A DNA stretch of 64,000 nucleotides from Patescibacteria group bacterium (GTDB lineage: Bacteria > Patescibacteriota > Patescibacteriia > 2-01-FULL-39-33), in contig JBAZKF010000001.1 in NCBI GenBank assembly GCA_041650895.1, positions 145,685 to 209,684 on the forward strand, given 5' to 3'. The notes under the pieces were generated by a model. It saw only the letters and a list, made by a program, of their open reading frames with translations. It had not been told where the DNA came from and ran no database searches. The first letter of the stretch is position 1. Each line of letters begins with the position of its first letter. This document shows, piece by piece, positions 35,551-45,034 of the stretch. A program made the position numbers and the translations under genes.

Positions 35551-36975
35551 TTACGACGGTTTCCTGTGACCTTTAAATAATTTAGGAATCGCCCTTAGCA
35601 ATTTTCGCCATAAAACTTGCGGAGCGTATAACAGTAAAAAATACGCCATCTTCAATCTGAATATAGTCGGACTTTTCGGTATCTTAAAAACAGCAGAGTA
35701 TGATTCAGTGGATAAATTAGCTATTTTCCAAGCCTTCAACCGATCCTTAGCGCTAAAATCAGCGGTTTCAAAAATCGGAATAATCTTATCCCCTGTTTTG
35801 GAAAAATGGCGGCCGAGCGCAAAATCATTCAATAATTTACCATTGTTTTTAACCCAGTCCCATAACTCCGTATGAGGATAGGGAATCAAAAAATTCCACT
35901 TAATGCCGCCGTTTAATTTTAATTGATCAAAAAACTTCACTGTTTCCCTGGTATGTCTAAGATTATCACCGGGTAGGCCGACAATAAAAAATCCCGTAAC
36001 TTTGATGCCGCTTCCCATTAATATTTTAGTGGCCCTGACAATATCTTCTAGTTTCTCACCTTTTTTTATCCGATCAAACACTTCAGGCACGCCGCTTTCT
36101 ATGCCTAAGGAGACATGACGGCAACCAGACTCATACATAGCAACGGAAAGTTCTTGGGTAATCCTGTCGGCCCTGACGCCATTGGGGCAGCCCCAGACAA
36201 GCTCCAATTTTTGGCCGGCTAATGACCGGCAAAATTGCAAAGCCCGGTTGATATCCATAGTGAAATTATCATCAACCAGTTCAAAGCTATTTATCAGGTA
36301 TTTCTCCTTGGCCAGAACTAATTCTTTAATAATATTTTCTACACTTCGGGATCTCCAATTGCGCCCACTGACAAATTTAACCGAACAATAAACGCAGTTG
36401 TAAGGACAGCCGCGGCTGGTTAGAAGCGGATAAGGTCGATCTTTAAAATATTCCCGAGGATCCAATTCTGAAAAATGATCATAATCGGGAAAACTTAATT
36501 TATCCAAATCAGTAACAAAAGAATAATGATTAACCCGGCATTCGCCACCGACTCGGTAAACCAACCCGGGAACTTCGTTGATTTGCTTTTTGCCGGATAG
36601 AAAATCAAAAAAAAGCGGCAAGGACTGTTCGGCCTCAAACTGCAAGCCATAATCAATATCGGGATTCGTCTGCAAATATTCCACCCCCAATAAACTGACA
36701 TGGGGTCCGCCGACGATAATTAAACTGTCAATCTTGCCTTTTAATTCGGCAATAAAATCGCCAATTACCGCTACGTTAGTAGACTTTACGGAGAAACCCA
36801 AAACTCTGGGATTAATTGCAATAATAAAATCTTTCAAATGATCAGGCGACCAAGCCAAAAAGTTCAAATCAATAATGTTAAAAGAGAGGCGCCCGGCAAG
36901 CGAACCGCCTAAATAGGCCAAGCCATTATTGATGTATTTATTTGTCCCCCTAACTTCAATAAGCAACAAATCCAT
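35551..36975 (-). CDS. B12-binding-domain radical SAM enzyme (class B), paralogue rS3
   Basis: 474 aa. IVGGPHVSLLG (the GEGE motif is degenerate) and SRGCPYNCVYC. Confidence 0.85.
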   Translation of the reverse strand: MDLLLIEVRGTNKYINNGLAYLGGSLAGRLSFNIIDLNFLAWSPDHLKDFIIAINPRVLGFSVKSTNVAVIGDFIAELKGKIDSLIIVGGPHVSLLGVEYLQTNPDIDYGLQFEAEQSLPLFFDFLSGKKQINEVPGLVYRVGGECRVNHYSFVTDLDKLSFPDYDHFSELDPREYFKDRPYPLLTSRGCPYNCVYCSVKFVSGRNWRSRSVENIIKELVLAKEKYLINSFELVDDNFTMDINRALQFCRSLAGQKLELVWGCPNGVRADRITQELSVAMYESGCRHVSLGIESGVPEVFDRIKKGEKLEDIVRATKILMGSGIKVTGFFIVGLPGDNLRHTRETVKFFDQLKLNGGIKWNFLIPYPHTELWDWVKNNGKLLNDFALGRHFSKTGDKIIPIFETADFSAKDRLKAWKIANLSTESYSAVFKIPKSPTIFRLKMAYFLLLYAPQVLWRKLLRAIPKLFKGHRKPS

Positions 36976-36983
36976 AATAATAA

Positions 36984-38213
36984 TTATTTATCTATAAACT
37001 TATTATACCAGTCAAGAGTTTCAGCCACCTGTTTATCAAGAGAAAATTCCTTTACCACTCTTTGTCTGCCGGCTTGACCAAATTTTTTTGCCAAATCCGG
37101 ATGCTTTAACAGATCAATAATCTTGCCTGCCAGCTCCTCAGTCTTCAATGGGTTGACTATATAACCGGTCTCACCGTCAACTACGATTTCCGAAGTCCCG
37201 CCGAAGCATGTTCCCACGACCGGCTTGCCAGCTGACATGGCTTCAATATTAAACAAATTAAACGGATCAAAATAAATTGATGGCGTAACACAAACTTCCG
37301 CTGAAAAAAAAGCCAAGCCCATTTCCGAACGACTCAGCCAGCCCGTAAATAAAACCTTGTCCGTGAGCTTGGCGGCATTGCTTTTATCCATTAAGTACTC
37401 TGCGTAGCCGGTCATTTCCCCGACTATCATTAGTACCGCATTGTCAACCTCCTTTACCACCTGAATCATGGCTTCAATAATGGCGCTGCCGCCCTTGGCT
37501 TCGCTCAAACGTCCGCCGAACATAATTACTCTTTTGCCGATTAATTTGAATTTTTCCTTAAACGCTTCAATTGCCGAATCGTCCTTCTGCCAATAATCGC
37601 CGGCAATGGCGTTATGAATAGTGGCGGTGTTGGTAATGCCATTCAAAGCCAAGACATCTTTTTGTATATTAGTGATACAAAAAATCTTGTCTATATATTT
37701 GAGATAATGCCTAATCAGAACATTGCGCAAGGGGTTATATCTTTTTTTGGCGTTCCTTAAATTATCCCAGAGAGTGACTTTATAATTACAAGCGCCATTT
37801 TTTAAATTAAGTTTACCGTAATTAAAAAGCATCATATCGTGCGCCGTCAAAAAAACCGCTCGAGAATACCGACTACCGAGAAAAAACGTGTGGTAAGATA
37901 TGTGGCCGTGGACATTATGAAAATGACAAACATCGGGCTTAATCCGACTAATTATCTTTTTAAACTCAAAAATGGTTTGGGGATTGAACAAGCTAAGATA
38001 ACTAATCCAGCGATCCGGATAATGGGCGTAAATCCGATGAACTTCTATACCATCGTAAACCCCCACACCGGCCTGCTGCTTATCCTGAACGCTAGCGATA
38101 ACAAAAACACTATGGCCTAATTTTATTAAACCCTGAGCTAAATTATAAACCACTATGGACGGACCGGTATGCGTTATGGGAGGAAAATCATCAGAAACGA
38201 ATAGTATTTTCAT
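36984..38213 (-). CDS. Glycosyltransferase family 4 (GT-B, Glycos_transf_1)
   Basis: 409 aa. MKILFVSDDFPP...GPSIVVYNLAQGL, C-terminal FNIEAMSAGKPVVGT...EIVVDGETGYIV (EX7E region). Confidence 0.85.
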   Translation of the reverse strand: MKILFVSDDFPPITHTGPSIVVYNLAQGLIKLGHSVFVIASVQDKQQAGVGVYDGIEVHRIYAHYPDRWISYLSLFNPQTIFEFKKIISRIKPDVCHFHNVHGHISYHTFFLGSRYSRAVFLTAHDMMLFNYGKLNLKNGACNYKVTLWDNLRNAKKRYNPLRNVLIRHYLKYIDKIFCITNIQKDVLALNGITNTATIHNAIAGDYWQKDDSAIEAFKEKFKLIGKRVIMFGGRLSEAKGGSAIIEAMIQVVKEVDNAVLMIVGEMTGYAEYLMDKSNAAKLTDKVLFTGWLSRSEMGLAFFSAEVCVTPSIYFDPFNLFNIEAMSAGKPVVGTCFGGTSEIVVDGETGYIVNPLKTEELAGKIIDLLKHPDLAKKFGQAGRQRVVKEFSLDKQVAETLDWYNKFIDK

Positions 38214-38216
38214 AGT

Positions 38217-39551
38217 TTAGTTTAGTTTAGAAAAGTATCCTCTCAAATAAGAAAAATGGGCTACTAAACTGAAAAATGACCAATAAACTATCAATGAGAT
38301 AATGGCATTCAACGGGGAAGTCAACTTCAAAACAAAAAATATCAGAATAAACCCAGAAACAAGATTGACGAGGTTTATAGCAATAGCATAGATATTTTTA
38401 TTGATTGTCCGATAAACTGACCCCAAACCAATCGTAAAACCGGAAAAAATAATGCTTAATGACAGCGGATAAACCAGCTTAATGCTTAAATTAAATTCCG
38501 GGCCATAAACAATTCTAATAAGGTAAGGAGCGACAGCCAAAGACGCTAAGACAATGAAAAAAAATATAAACCCGGCAAAAAGCGACGATTTATAAAAATT
38601 GGCTTTTAGATCTTTAATCCCGGCAACCTTGGCTTTAGGCAACTGCACCTGCAATAAACGACTGATCGGGGTCAGAAAAACATTAGACAAAGCCAAATAA
38701 GCCAAGGCTATTTTCAGGTTAGCCACCTCCGCCGATGAAGCCAAGTAACCAAGGATTAATAAAGGCAGAATATTAAACAAACTAGCGATATTTTTATCCA
38801 CAGCCATGACAAAACCGAAATTAAAGTATTTCTTAATTTTGACCTGATAAAAATTAGATAGAATCTCACCAAACGCTGGTACTAATTCATTGCGACGAGA
38901 AAAATTACGATAGACTAAAATAGAAAAAACCATGGATCCGATAATCGTTAATAAATAACCCCAAACGATTCCGGCTAAGCCAAAACCCATAAAAACAAAA
39001 ATCACCGGTAAAAACACGGCAAAAAATTTATTAATATTCTCTGCAATAGTCAGATATTTTATCTTTCGCATGACTTGAAGCAGGTTCACTAATAAACCAA
39101 AAAATATTTGGAAGATGTAGCCGACGATTATTAATCTGGCTAATTCGCCGATCAAGCGGTTATGATAAAACCACTGGGCTAAGGCGGGAGCTAAAATAAT
39201 AGCGGCCAAGCCGAAAGTAAAGGAGATGATTAAGTTCAATTTAAAAAAATAGGTGATGATATCCTTGATATCCTGACGGCTTCTTCTGGCGTAAGCCTCA
39301 GCCAAAAGCGTCAAAGTAGCATAACCGGTGCCCCAATCCATAAATAACCCGGCAAAGCTGGCTAAAGCAAAAATCAAGGCGTAATCACCGTACGTGCCGA
39401 CGCCCAAAACCCTGGCATAAATAACAGAGGCGATCAGCGACAGACCCAAATCCCAAAAGGAGCCCCATTGCAAAACCAATAGGTCACGAAAAAATTTCAG
39501 CTTCCATAAATATTGCCAACCGGAGATGATTTTTTCTTTAATTACTTTCAT
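38217..39551 (-). CDS. Wzx-type oligosaccharide flippase (MOP/polysaccharide biosynthesis protein family)
   Basis: 444 aa with about 12-14 TM helices. N-terminal IASVIYARVLGVGTYGDYALIFA is typical of PST-family flippases. Confidence 0.7.
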   Translation of the reverse strand: MKVIKEKIISGWQYLWKLKFFRDLLVLQWGSFWDLGLSLIASVIYARVLGVGTYGDYALIFALASFAGLFMDWGTGYATLTLLAEAYARRSRQDIKDIITYFFKLNLIISFTFGLAAIILAPALAQWFYHNRLIGELARLIIVGYIFQIFFGLLVNLLQVMRKIKYLTIAENINKFFAVFLPVIFVFMGFGLAGIVWGYLLTIIGSMVFSILVYRNFSRRNELVPAFGEILSNFYQVKIKKYFNFGFVMAVDKNIASLFNILPLLILGYLASSAEVANLKIALAYLALSNVFLTPISRLLQVQLPKAKVAGIKDLKANFYKSSLFAGFIFFFIVLASLAVAPYLIRIVYGPEFNLSIKLVYPLSLSIIFSGFTIGLGSVYRTINKNIYAIAINLVNLVSGFILIFFVLKLTSPLNAIISLIVYWSFFSLVAHFSYLRGYFSKLN

Positions 39552-39561
39552 TGTTTTAATA

Positions 39562-41058
39562 TTAGAAATTAATCATCTTTTTAATGCAAATCAAAGCTTT
39601 GACTAAGGGTTTAGGAATTTTATTTTTCTTAACGAAAAATAGATGCAAAATAGAAACACCTAAACGCACAATAGGATTCCTGCGATTTTTTATCAAGAAT
39701 TCAATCTGGATCTTCTTAAGTCGGGGAATAAGATAAATAACCTTATTCAAATAGCCTTTATTCAACAAGTGGAACTGTTTCTTTAAGTATGCTTGCCCAT
39801 CGGTCAGATGACCGTCAGCGATGGCTCGACGGTATAATTCCGTGCCAGGATAAAAAGTCAAGGAGAAAAGCGATAAATGAAATGGCTTTCTAATTCGATT
39901 AAGAATGTCAATGGTTAAAAGCAAATCATCCTCGGTCTCGTAAGGATTATCCAAAATTACATCAATAATGACATTTAATCTCCCCCGATATTTATCCAAA
40001 AGCGACATGGCCGTTAAAAATTGGCTGGATTTGGCATGCCTCAGATAGATATCCTGATTTACTCGATCGCTACCGCTCTGCAGACCCATTTGGATCATAT
40101 CTAATCCAGCATCAACTAACAGTTCTAATTTAGCGGCATCAATAGTGGTGGGACTAGCCAAACAGAAAAACGGCAAATCAATCTCTGCCTTATAGCGCCG
40201 ATTAAATTCCCTGATCCAATCCAAATCATTGACAGCAAAGCTGTCATCCATGATTTTAAATGATCGAATAAAAGGGAATTTATTTTTTATCATTTTCATT
40301 TCCGTGACCAATTGATCAACGGAACGTTTTCTCAAAAAAATACCGCTATAGATGTTACGAAAAACAGAATTGCAGCAGTAGGCGCAGGCATGGGGGCAAC
40401 CGCGCGAAGATAATAAACGATGGTCGCCCCGCGCCGCCGGATAATACTGCCGAAAAACACTTTCCGTCATAGGCAGTAATTCGCCCTGATGAATAATGTA
40501 ATGGTCGAAAAAATCATAGTCTGGAAAAGGCAATTCATCAATCGCGCTGATTAGAATTGATTTTCCGCCACTAATAATTTGACTGCCATTCTTATGCCAT
40601 AAGCCGGGAATATTAACGTTCTTATAATTAAGCCAATTATCATTCTCTGTTAATTGCAAAAGGGCCGACTCGCCCTCTCCAACGCAAACCAAGTCGGCGT
40701 AAACCAAACAATTTTCCGGATCAATGGTGGGATGAATTCCGCCCCAAATTACCGGCACGCTTGGAAAATTATCTTTGATTGACTTAGTGATATTTTTTGC
40801 GCGGAAGAAATGGTTGGACATCAAACTCAAACCAATTAAATCTGGTTTATATTTATTGATCAACTCTGCAATCTGTTTTAATTCCTGTTCATTCTCCAAC
40901 TCGCCATAAGGTTTGGCCAAAAATAAAATCGCCACATCCCGGCCGAATTTTTTTAAATAAGAAGAAAGATACCTGACGCCTAAAGCGCTGATATCGGTCG
41001 GAGCCTTTTTGAATTCCTCCACATCCTGCTGATTGAGTGAAATTAACAGAATCTTCAT
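39562..41058 (-). CDS. B12-binding-domain radical SAM enzyme (class B), paralogue rS4
   Basis: 498 aa. IWGGIHPTIDP...CVGEGESAL and SRGCPHACAYC. Confidence 0.9.
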   Translation of the reverse strand: MKILLISLNQQDVEEFKKAPTDISALGVRYLSSYLKKFGRDVAILFLAKPYGELENEQELKQIAELINKYKPDLIGLSLMSNHFFRAKNITKSIKDNFPSVPVIWGGIHPTIDPENCLVYADLVCVGEGESALLQLTENDNWLNYKNVNIPGLWHKNGSQIISGGKSILISAIDELPFPDYDFFDHYIIHQGELLPMTESVFRQYYPAARGDHRLLSSRGCPHACAYCCNSVFRNIYSGIFLRKRSVDQLVTEMKMIKNKFPFIRSFKIMDDSFAVNDLDWIREFNRRYKAEIDLPFFCLASPTTIDAAKLELLVDAGLDMIQMGLQSGSDRVNQDIYLRHAKSSQFLTAMSLLDKYRGRLNVIIDVILDNPYETEDDLLLTIDILNRIRKPFHLSLFSLTFYPGTELYRRAIADGHLTDGQAYLKKQFHLLNKGYLNKVIYLIPRLKKIQIEFLIKNRRNPIVRLGVSILHLFFVKKNKIPKPLVKALICIKKMINF

Positions 41059-41096
41059 GAATATTTAAAAATTATAAAACCGATTTAATGTGTTTA

Positions 41097-41125
41097 ATTA
41101 TAACAGAAAATACACAATTAATCAA
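41097..41125 (-). promoter_or_regulatory. Candidate internal promoter in the only sizeable gap (63 nt) of the minus-strand array
   Basis: On the minus strand: TTGATT (41125-41120, overlapping the GT9 stop), a 17-nt spacer, then the extended -10 TGtTATAAT (41105-41097). A second TATAAT lies at 41076-41071. Confidence 0.4.
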
Positions 41126-42258
41126 TGGCCTATTAATTCTCGGCAAGCAACTAAAACCTGTTCTGGCTTTATAGCCGAGAAGCAAATTTCCACCTCAGCA
41201 ATATCAATGTCACCGTTATACAACATCTTGCATTGTGGCCGGCAAACCCGACGATCAGTGACTAAACGATAATTATTTTCCGGCCGCTGGTTGTTATCGT
41301 CGCAAGGGCCCAGGATATCAACTACGGGGACTGACAGAGCATCGGCGATATATAATAAACCAGTGTCAACGCCAATAAACAAACGGCATTTCTTCAGGTA
41401 GTATGGCAAGATATTCAGATTTTTACCCAAAATCAAATAACTTTCTCCGCCCGCTTCTTGCCTAATTTGCTCTAAGTATTCCTCTTCATCCTTGAGGCCA
41501 AAAATAAAAAAAATCGGTTGATACTCGGCATTTATCTTCTGTATTAATTCAATCCAATAATCTTTAGGCCAGACTTTATAGTCTTTGCCGGATGAAATAA
41601 CGGCACCGAAAATCATTTTATCGTCTAAGGAATTGATATGAAAAAAATCCTCTACTTCCGGGCAAGTCGCGAAGAAAAACAGCTGATTGCTTTTATTCTC
41701 AACGCTGAAACCAGCTTCCCGCAATAATTCAAAATAAAACTCCTTAATTGAGCGGTCAAATTTGTAATCTTTAGTTTTGTAATACGGATAAAGCAGACGT
41801 AATGATCTGCCGTCTAATCGCGTGGCAACCGAATAAGATTTGGCAGCATTTAAAGATAAACCTAAAATGCCGCCCTCAAAATTATTCACTAAATTAAAAT
41901 AAGCTGTAAGCTCAAATCGGCTTAAATATAGCCACTGCTTAAGCAGCCATTTCAGGCTACCTGCCTCCCGCTCATGGACAAAGCCAATTCTCTCATCAAT
42001 AAAGGGATTGCCTTGCCAAATATCCAAAAATTTATTCCTCGCAAAAACAATCAGTTTCGTTCCCTGGTTAGCTTTTTTTAAGGCCTCTAAAACCGGCGTT
42101 AAACAAACCATATCGCCCAATTTGCCCGTATAAAAAACCACTATCGCCCGACCGATTTTTCTCCCCCGATAAAACCGTCCCAATAAGCGTAGCAATAAAG
42201 CCAGAGGCAATAAAAATATTTTTCTGATTGAGTCAAATGAATAAACCCTCATAATCAA
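41122..42258 (-). CDS. Glycosyltransferase family 9 (heptosyltransferase-like)
   Basis: 378 aa. GKLGDMVCLTPVLEALKK and GVDTGLLYIADALSVPVV match the GT9 hallmark motifs. Confidence 0.75.
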   Translation of the reverse strand: MIMRVYSFDSIRKIFLLPLALLLRLLGRFYRGRKIGRAIVVFYTGKLGDMVCLTPVLEALKKANQGTKLIVFARNKFLDIWQGNPFIDERIGFVHEREAGSLKWLLKQWLYLSRFELTAYFNLVNNFEGGILGLSLNAAKSYSVATRLDGRSLRLLYPYYKTKDYKFDRSIKEFYFELLREAGFSVENKSNQLFFFATCPEVEDFFHINSLDDKMIFGAVISSGKDYKVWPKDYWIELIQKINAEYQPIFFIFGLKDEEEYLEQIRQEAGGESYLILGKNLNILPYYLKKCRLFIGVDTGLLYIADALSVPVVDILGPCDDNNQRPENNYRLVTDRRVCRPQCKMLYNGDIDIAEVEICFSAIKPEQVLVACRELIGH

Positions 42259-43670
42259 GAAGTTTTAGTGGTAAACCATTTTATTATATTTTTCCTATTT
42301 TTCCATAGCTTACGCGTTGAGAAAAACGGGTGCGACAAATAATATTCTATTTTGGCTCGCCGGGCGAACTGAAAAATCTTTTCATAGCTTAAATCCGGCT
42401 GCTCAAAAATCGGCACATTAGCGCAGGACACTAATGGAGGATACGATCGTTTTTCTTCATAAAATTCCGCCCAGGAAAAATCATTTGGCAGGGTGCCGAT
42501 TTTTTTGGCCTCCAGCTCAATCGCAGTATGAGGATAAATCATCGTTAGGGTTTGAGTTGTCTCATCAACGCCCAGTTTGTTCTCCAAGTACCGACTCAAA
42601 AAAACAGTCTTCTTGATATCCGCGTAAGTTTCTCCCGGCAAACCATGCATGAAAAATACTTTTAATTTTATCCCCGCCCCCTTGATTATTTTTATAGCCT
42701 CAATCACCTGGCTGACGGTAATGGCCTTCCTGATATTCTTTAAAATTTCATCACTGCCTGACTCCGCCGCCATGGCAATATGCTCGCAACCGGCTCGCTT
42801 CATCCAATCAACCAACTCGGCATCAATATTATTGGCTCGAGCCTCGCACCACCAACTGACCTTTAATTCTCTGGCGATTATCTCCTGGCAAATTTCAATG
42901 ACACGCTGTTTATTCATCGTAAAACAATCATCAAAAAATCCAACGCCATCAAGTTTGTAAGTATTTAGCAGGAACTGTATTTCATCCACGACATTTTTAG
43001 CGCTCCGATAGCGGATGTTATGGCCCCACTGCTCCGCTGTGGAACAATAAACGCAATTATACGGACAGCCGCGACTACTGATAACACTGGTACAAATCTT
43101 CGTTGATAATGGTATAGTCTGGCGATATTCATTAATCGGAAGCAAGTCTCTGGCTGGCAACGGCAAACTGTCTAAATCGGCAATTGCTTGACGGTTGGCA
43201 TTATGGATTATCTCCCCCTGATTATTGCGATAAGATAAACCATTAACGCCAGATAGATCTTCCTTATTCGCAATAGCTTTAATTAATTCTAAAAAGGTCA
43301 ACTCCCCCTCTCCCCTGACAATCATATCAATTGACTTAATATGCTTTAGAGTATCACCGGCGGTCAGTGTTGGATGAGGTCCGCCGGCCACAATCGGCAC
43401 TGCCGGCAGATTGTTTTTAATCAGTTCGGCCAACTCAAAAGCATAAAAACGATTTTGCGTGCCAAACGACAACCCGACAATATCAGCGCCTTGTTCTTCT
43501 AGGATTTCAATAATCTTTTTGTTGTCGTACCTGTTGATAACACTATCAATAATATAAACATCATTAAAACCGTTTTCCCGCAAAACCGCAACTAACCACG
43601 CCAAACCGAGTGGCGGCATGGTTTCTTTTGTTTGATAAAGGGAGGGAGGAAAAATTAAAGCTATTTTCAT
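42255..43670 (-). CDS. B12-binding-domain radical SAM enzyme (class B), paralogue rS5
   Basis: 471 aa. VAGGPHPTLTA...VRGEGELTF and SRGCPYNCVYC. Confidence 0.9.
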   Translation of the reverse strand: MKIALIFPPSLYQTKETMPPLGLAWLVAVLRENGFNDVYIIDSVINRYDNKKIIEILEEQGADIVGLSFGTQNRFYAFELAELIKNNLPAVPIVAGGPHPTLTAGDTLKHIKSIDMIVRGEGELTFLELIKAIANKEDLSGVNGLSYRNNQGEIIHNANRQAIADLDSLPLPARDLLPINEYRQTIPLSTKICTSVISSRGCPYNCVYCSTAEQWGHNIRYRSAKNVVDEIQFLLNTYKLDGVGFFDDCFTMNKQRVIEICQEIIARELKVSWWCEARANNIDAELVDWMKRAGCEHIAMAAESGSDEILKNIRKAITVSQVIEAIKIIKGAGIKLKVFFMHGLPGETYADIKKTVFLSRYLENKLGVDETTQTLTMIYPHTAIELEAKKIGTLPNDFSWAEFYEEKRSYPPLVSCANVPIFEQPDLSYEKIFQFARRAKIEYYLSHPFFSTRKLWKNRKNIIKWFTTKTS

Positions 43671-43671
43671 A

Positions 43672-45021
43672 TTATTTTTTAAAAATCACTTCCTGCCAAA
43701 AAACCGGTTTATACCAATATCCTCGGCCGTATTTAAGGCGATTCTTATAATCCCTTAAGAACAATAAACTCCAAAAAGGCTTCAATTCGGTATTAATCAA
43801 TCCCGCATATTTTTCAATATTATTCCAATGCAACCTTTTACCGGGGAATTTATTTTTTATCCGCTCGAATAAAACGGTTCCAGGATAAGGGATAACGGGC
43901 AAAAATTGTTTAACTTGCAAATTATTTTCGACAATAAAATCTATAGTTTCTTTAATGGTCTGCCGATTTTCTCCCGGTGCGTTCAATAAAACACAATACC
44001 CTCCGGCTACGCCGTTCTCTTTTAAGATATCAATCGCCGATCGTAAATCTGCCGAAGTTATTTTTTTATTAATTTCAATTAAAACCCTGTCACTGGCGGA
44101 CTCCATGCCTAAATTTACATTAATACATCCGGCTCGCTTGACTAAAGGCATAATCCCCCTACTCTTAATGATATCAGTCGCCCGGGCATTGGCGCCCCAA
44201 GAAAACCTGAGGCCTCGATCAATGATAGCTGAACAAATCCTCTCTACCCTGTCGCCATCAATAAAAAATTCCCAGTCCTGAAAAAAAACTGATTTAATTT
44301 GAAAATTATTTATCAAGTACTCAATCTCTTCTATTACTTTTTCAACACTCCTAACAATATAACGTCCGGGCATCATGGCCTTAAGGCAGAAAACACAATT
44401 GTAAGGGCAGCCGCGCGAAGTCATTATGACAGAAAAAGGCTTCTCATAATCATTGCTGGAATATTTATCCATCGGCAACAGATCATAGGCCGGCAAAGGC
44501 AAAACATCCAGATCAATGATTCTCTCACTTGGATTATTCACGATTTTGCCGCCTTGACGATAAGACAAGCCGGAAACTTTCGAAAATGCCTGCTCTGCGG
44601 CCAGGGTAACAATCAAATCAGACGCGGATAATTCTGGCTCACCCCTGATAATAAAATCAACTTGGCAATTATCAAACACCCATTCTGGCATAGTGGTGCC
44701 GTGACTGCCGATCAATATTTTGTACTTAACCTTTACCCGGTCTATAATCTTAAAAATGTTTTCAATATGGGAATTAGGGCACTCCCAGCGGTCAATCGGC
44801 GTAGAGGTAATAATGAAGGCCTCGGGACCGAAATCATTGACTGCCTGGTAAATGGATTCTAACGGCAAATTCAAAACATTGGCATCCAATAATTTGATAT
44901 CGTGGCCGGCCTGCCTTAAAATAGAGGCGATAATAGCCATCGACAACGGCTGCCTGGCCCTGACATTCATAATTGACTTCTTCTCCTGGTTAAAATTAGG
45001 AATTAATAAAAATATTTTCAT
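43672..45021 (-). CDS. B12-binding-domain radical SAM enzyme (class B), paralogue rS6
   Basis: ATG 45021 (MKIFLLIPNF) is preferred. The track start at 45207 would overlap the upstream gene by 173 nt. LIGSHGTTMPE...IRGEPELSA and SRGCPYNCVFC. Confidence 0.85.
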   Translation of the reverse strand: MKIFLLIPNFNQEKKSIMNVRARQPLSMAIIASILRQAGHDIKLLDANVLNLPLESIYQAVNDFGPEAFIITSTPIDRWECPNSHIENIFKIIDRVKVKYKILIGSHGTTMPEWVFDNCQVDFIIRGEPELSASDLIVTLAAEQAFSKVSGLSYRQGGKIVNNPSERIIDLDVLPLPAYDLLPMDKYSSNDYEKPFSVIMTSRGCPYNCVFCLKAMMPGRYIVRSVEKVIEEIEYLINNFQIKSVFFQDWEFFIDGDRVERICSAIIDRGLRFSWGANARATDIIKSRGIMPLVKRAGCINVNLGMESASDRVLIEINKKITSADLRSAIDILKENGVAGGYCVLLNAPGENRQTIKETIDFIVENNLQVKQFLPVIPYPGTVLFERIKNKFPGKRLHWNNIEKYAGLINTELKPFWSLLFLRDYKNRLKYGRGYWYKPVFWQEVIFKK

Positions 45022-45034
45022 TTTATCGATTAAG

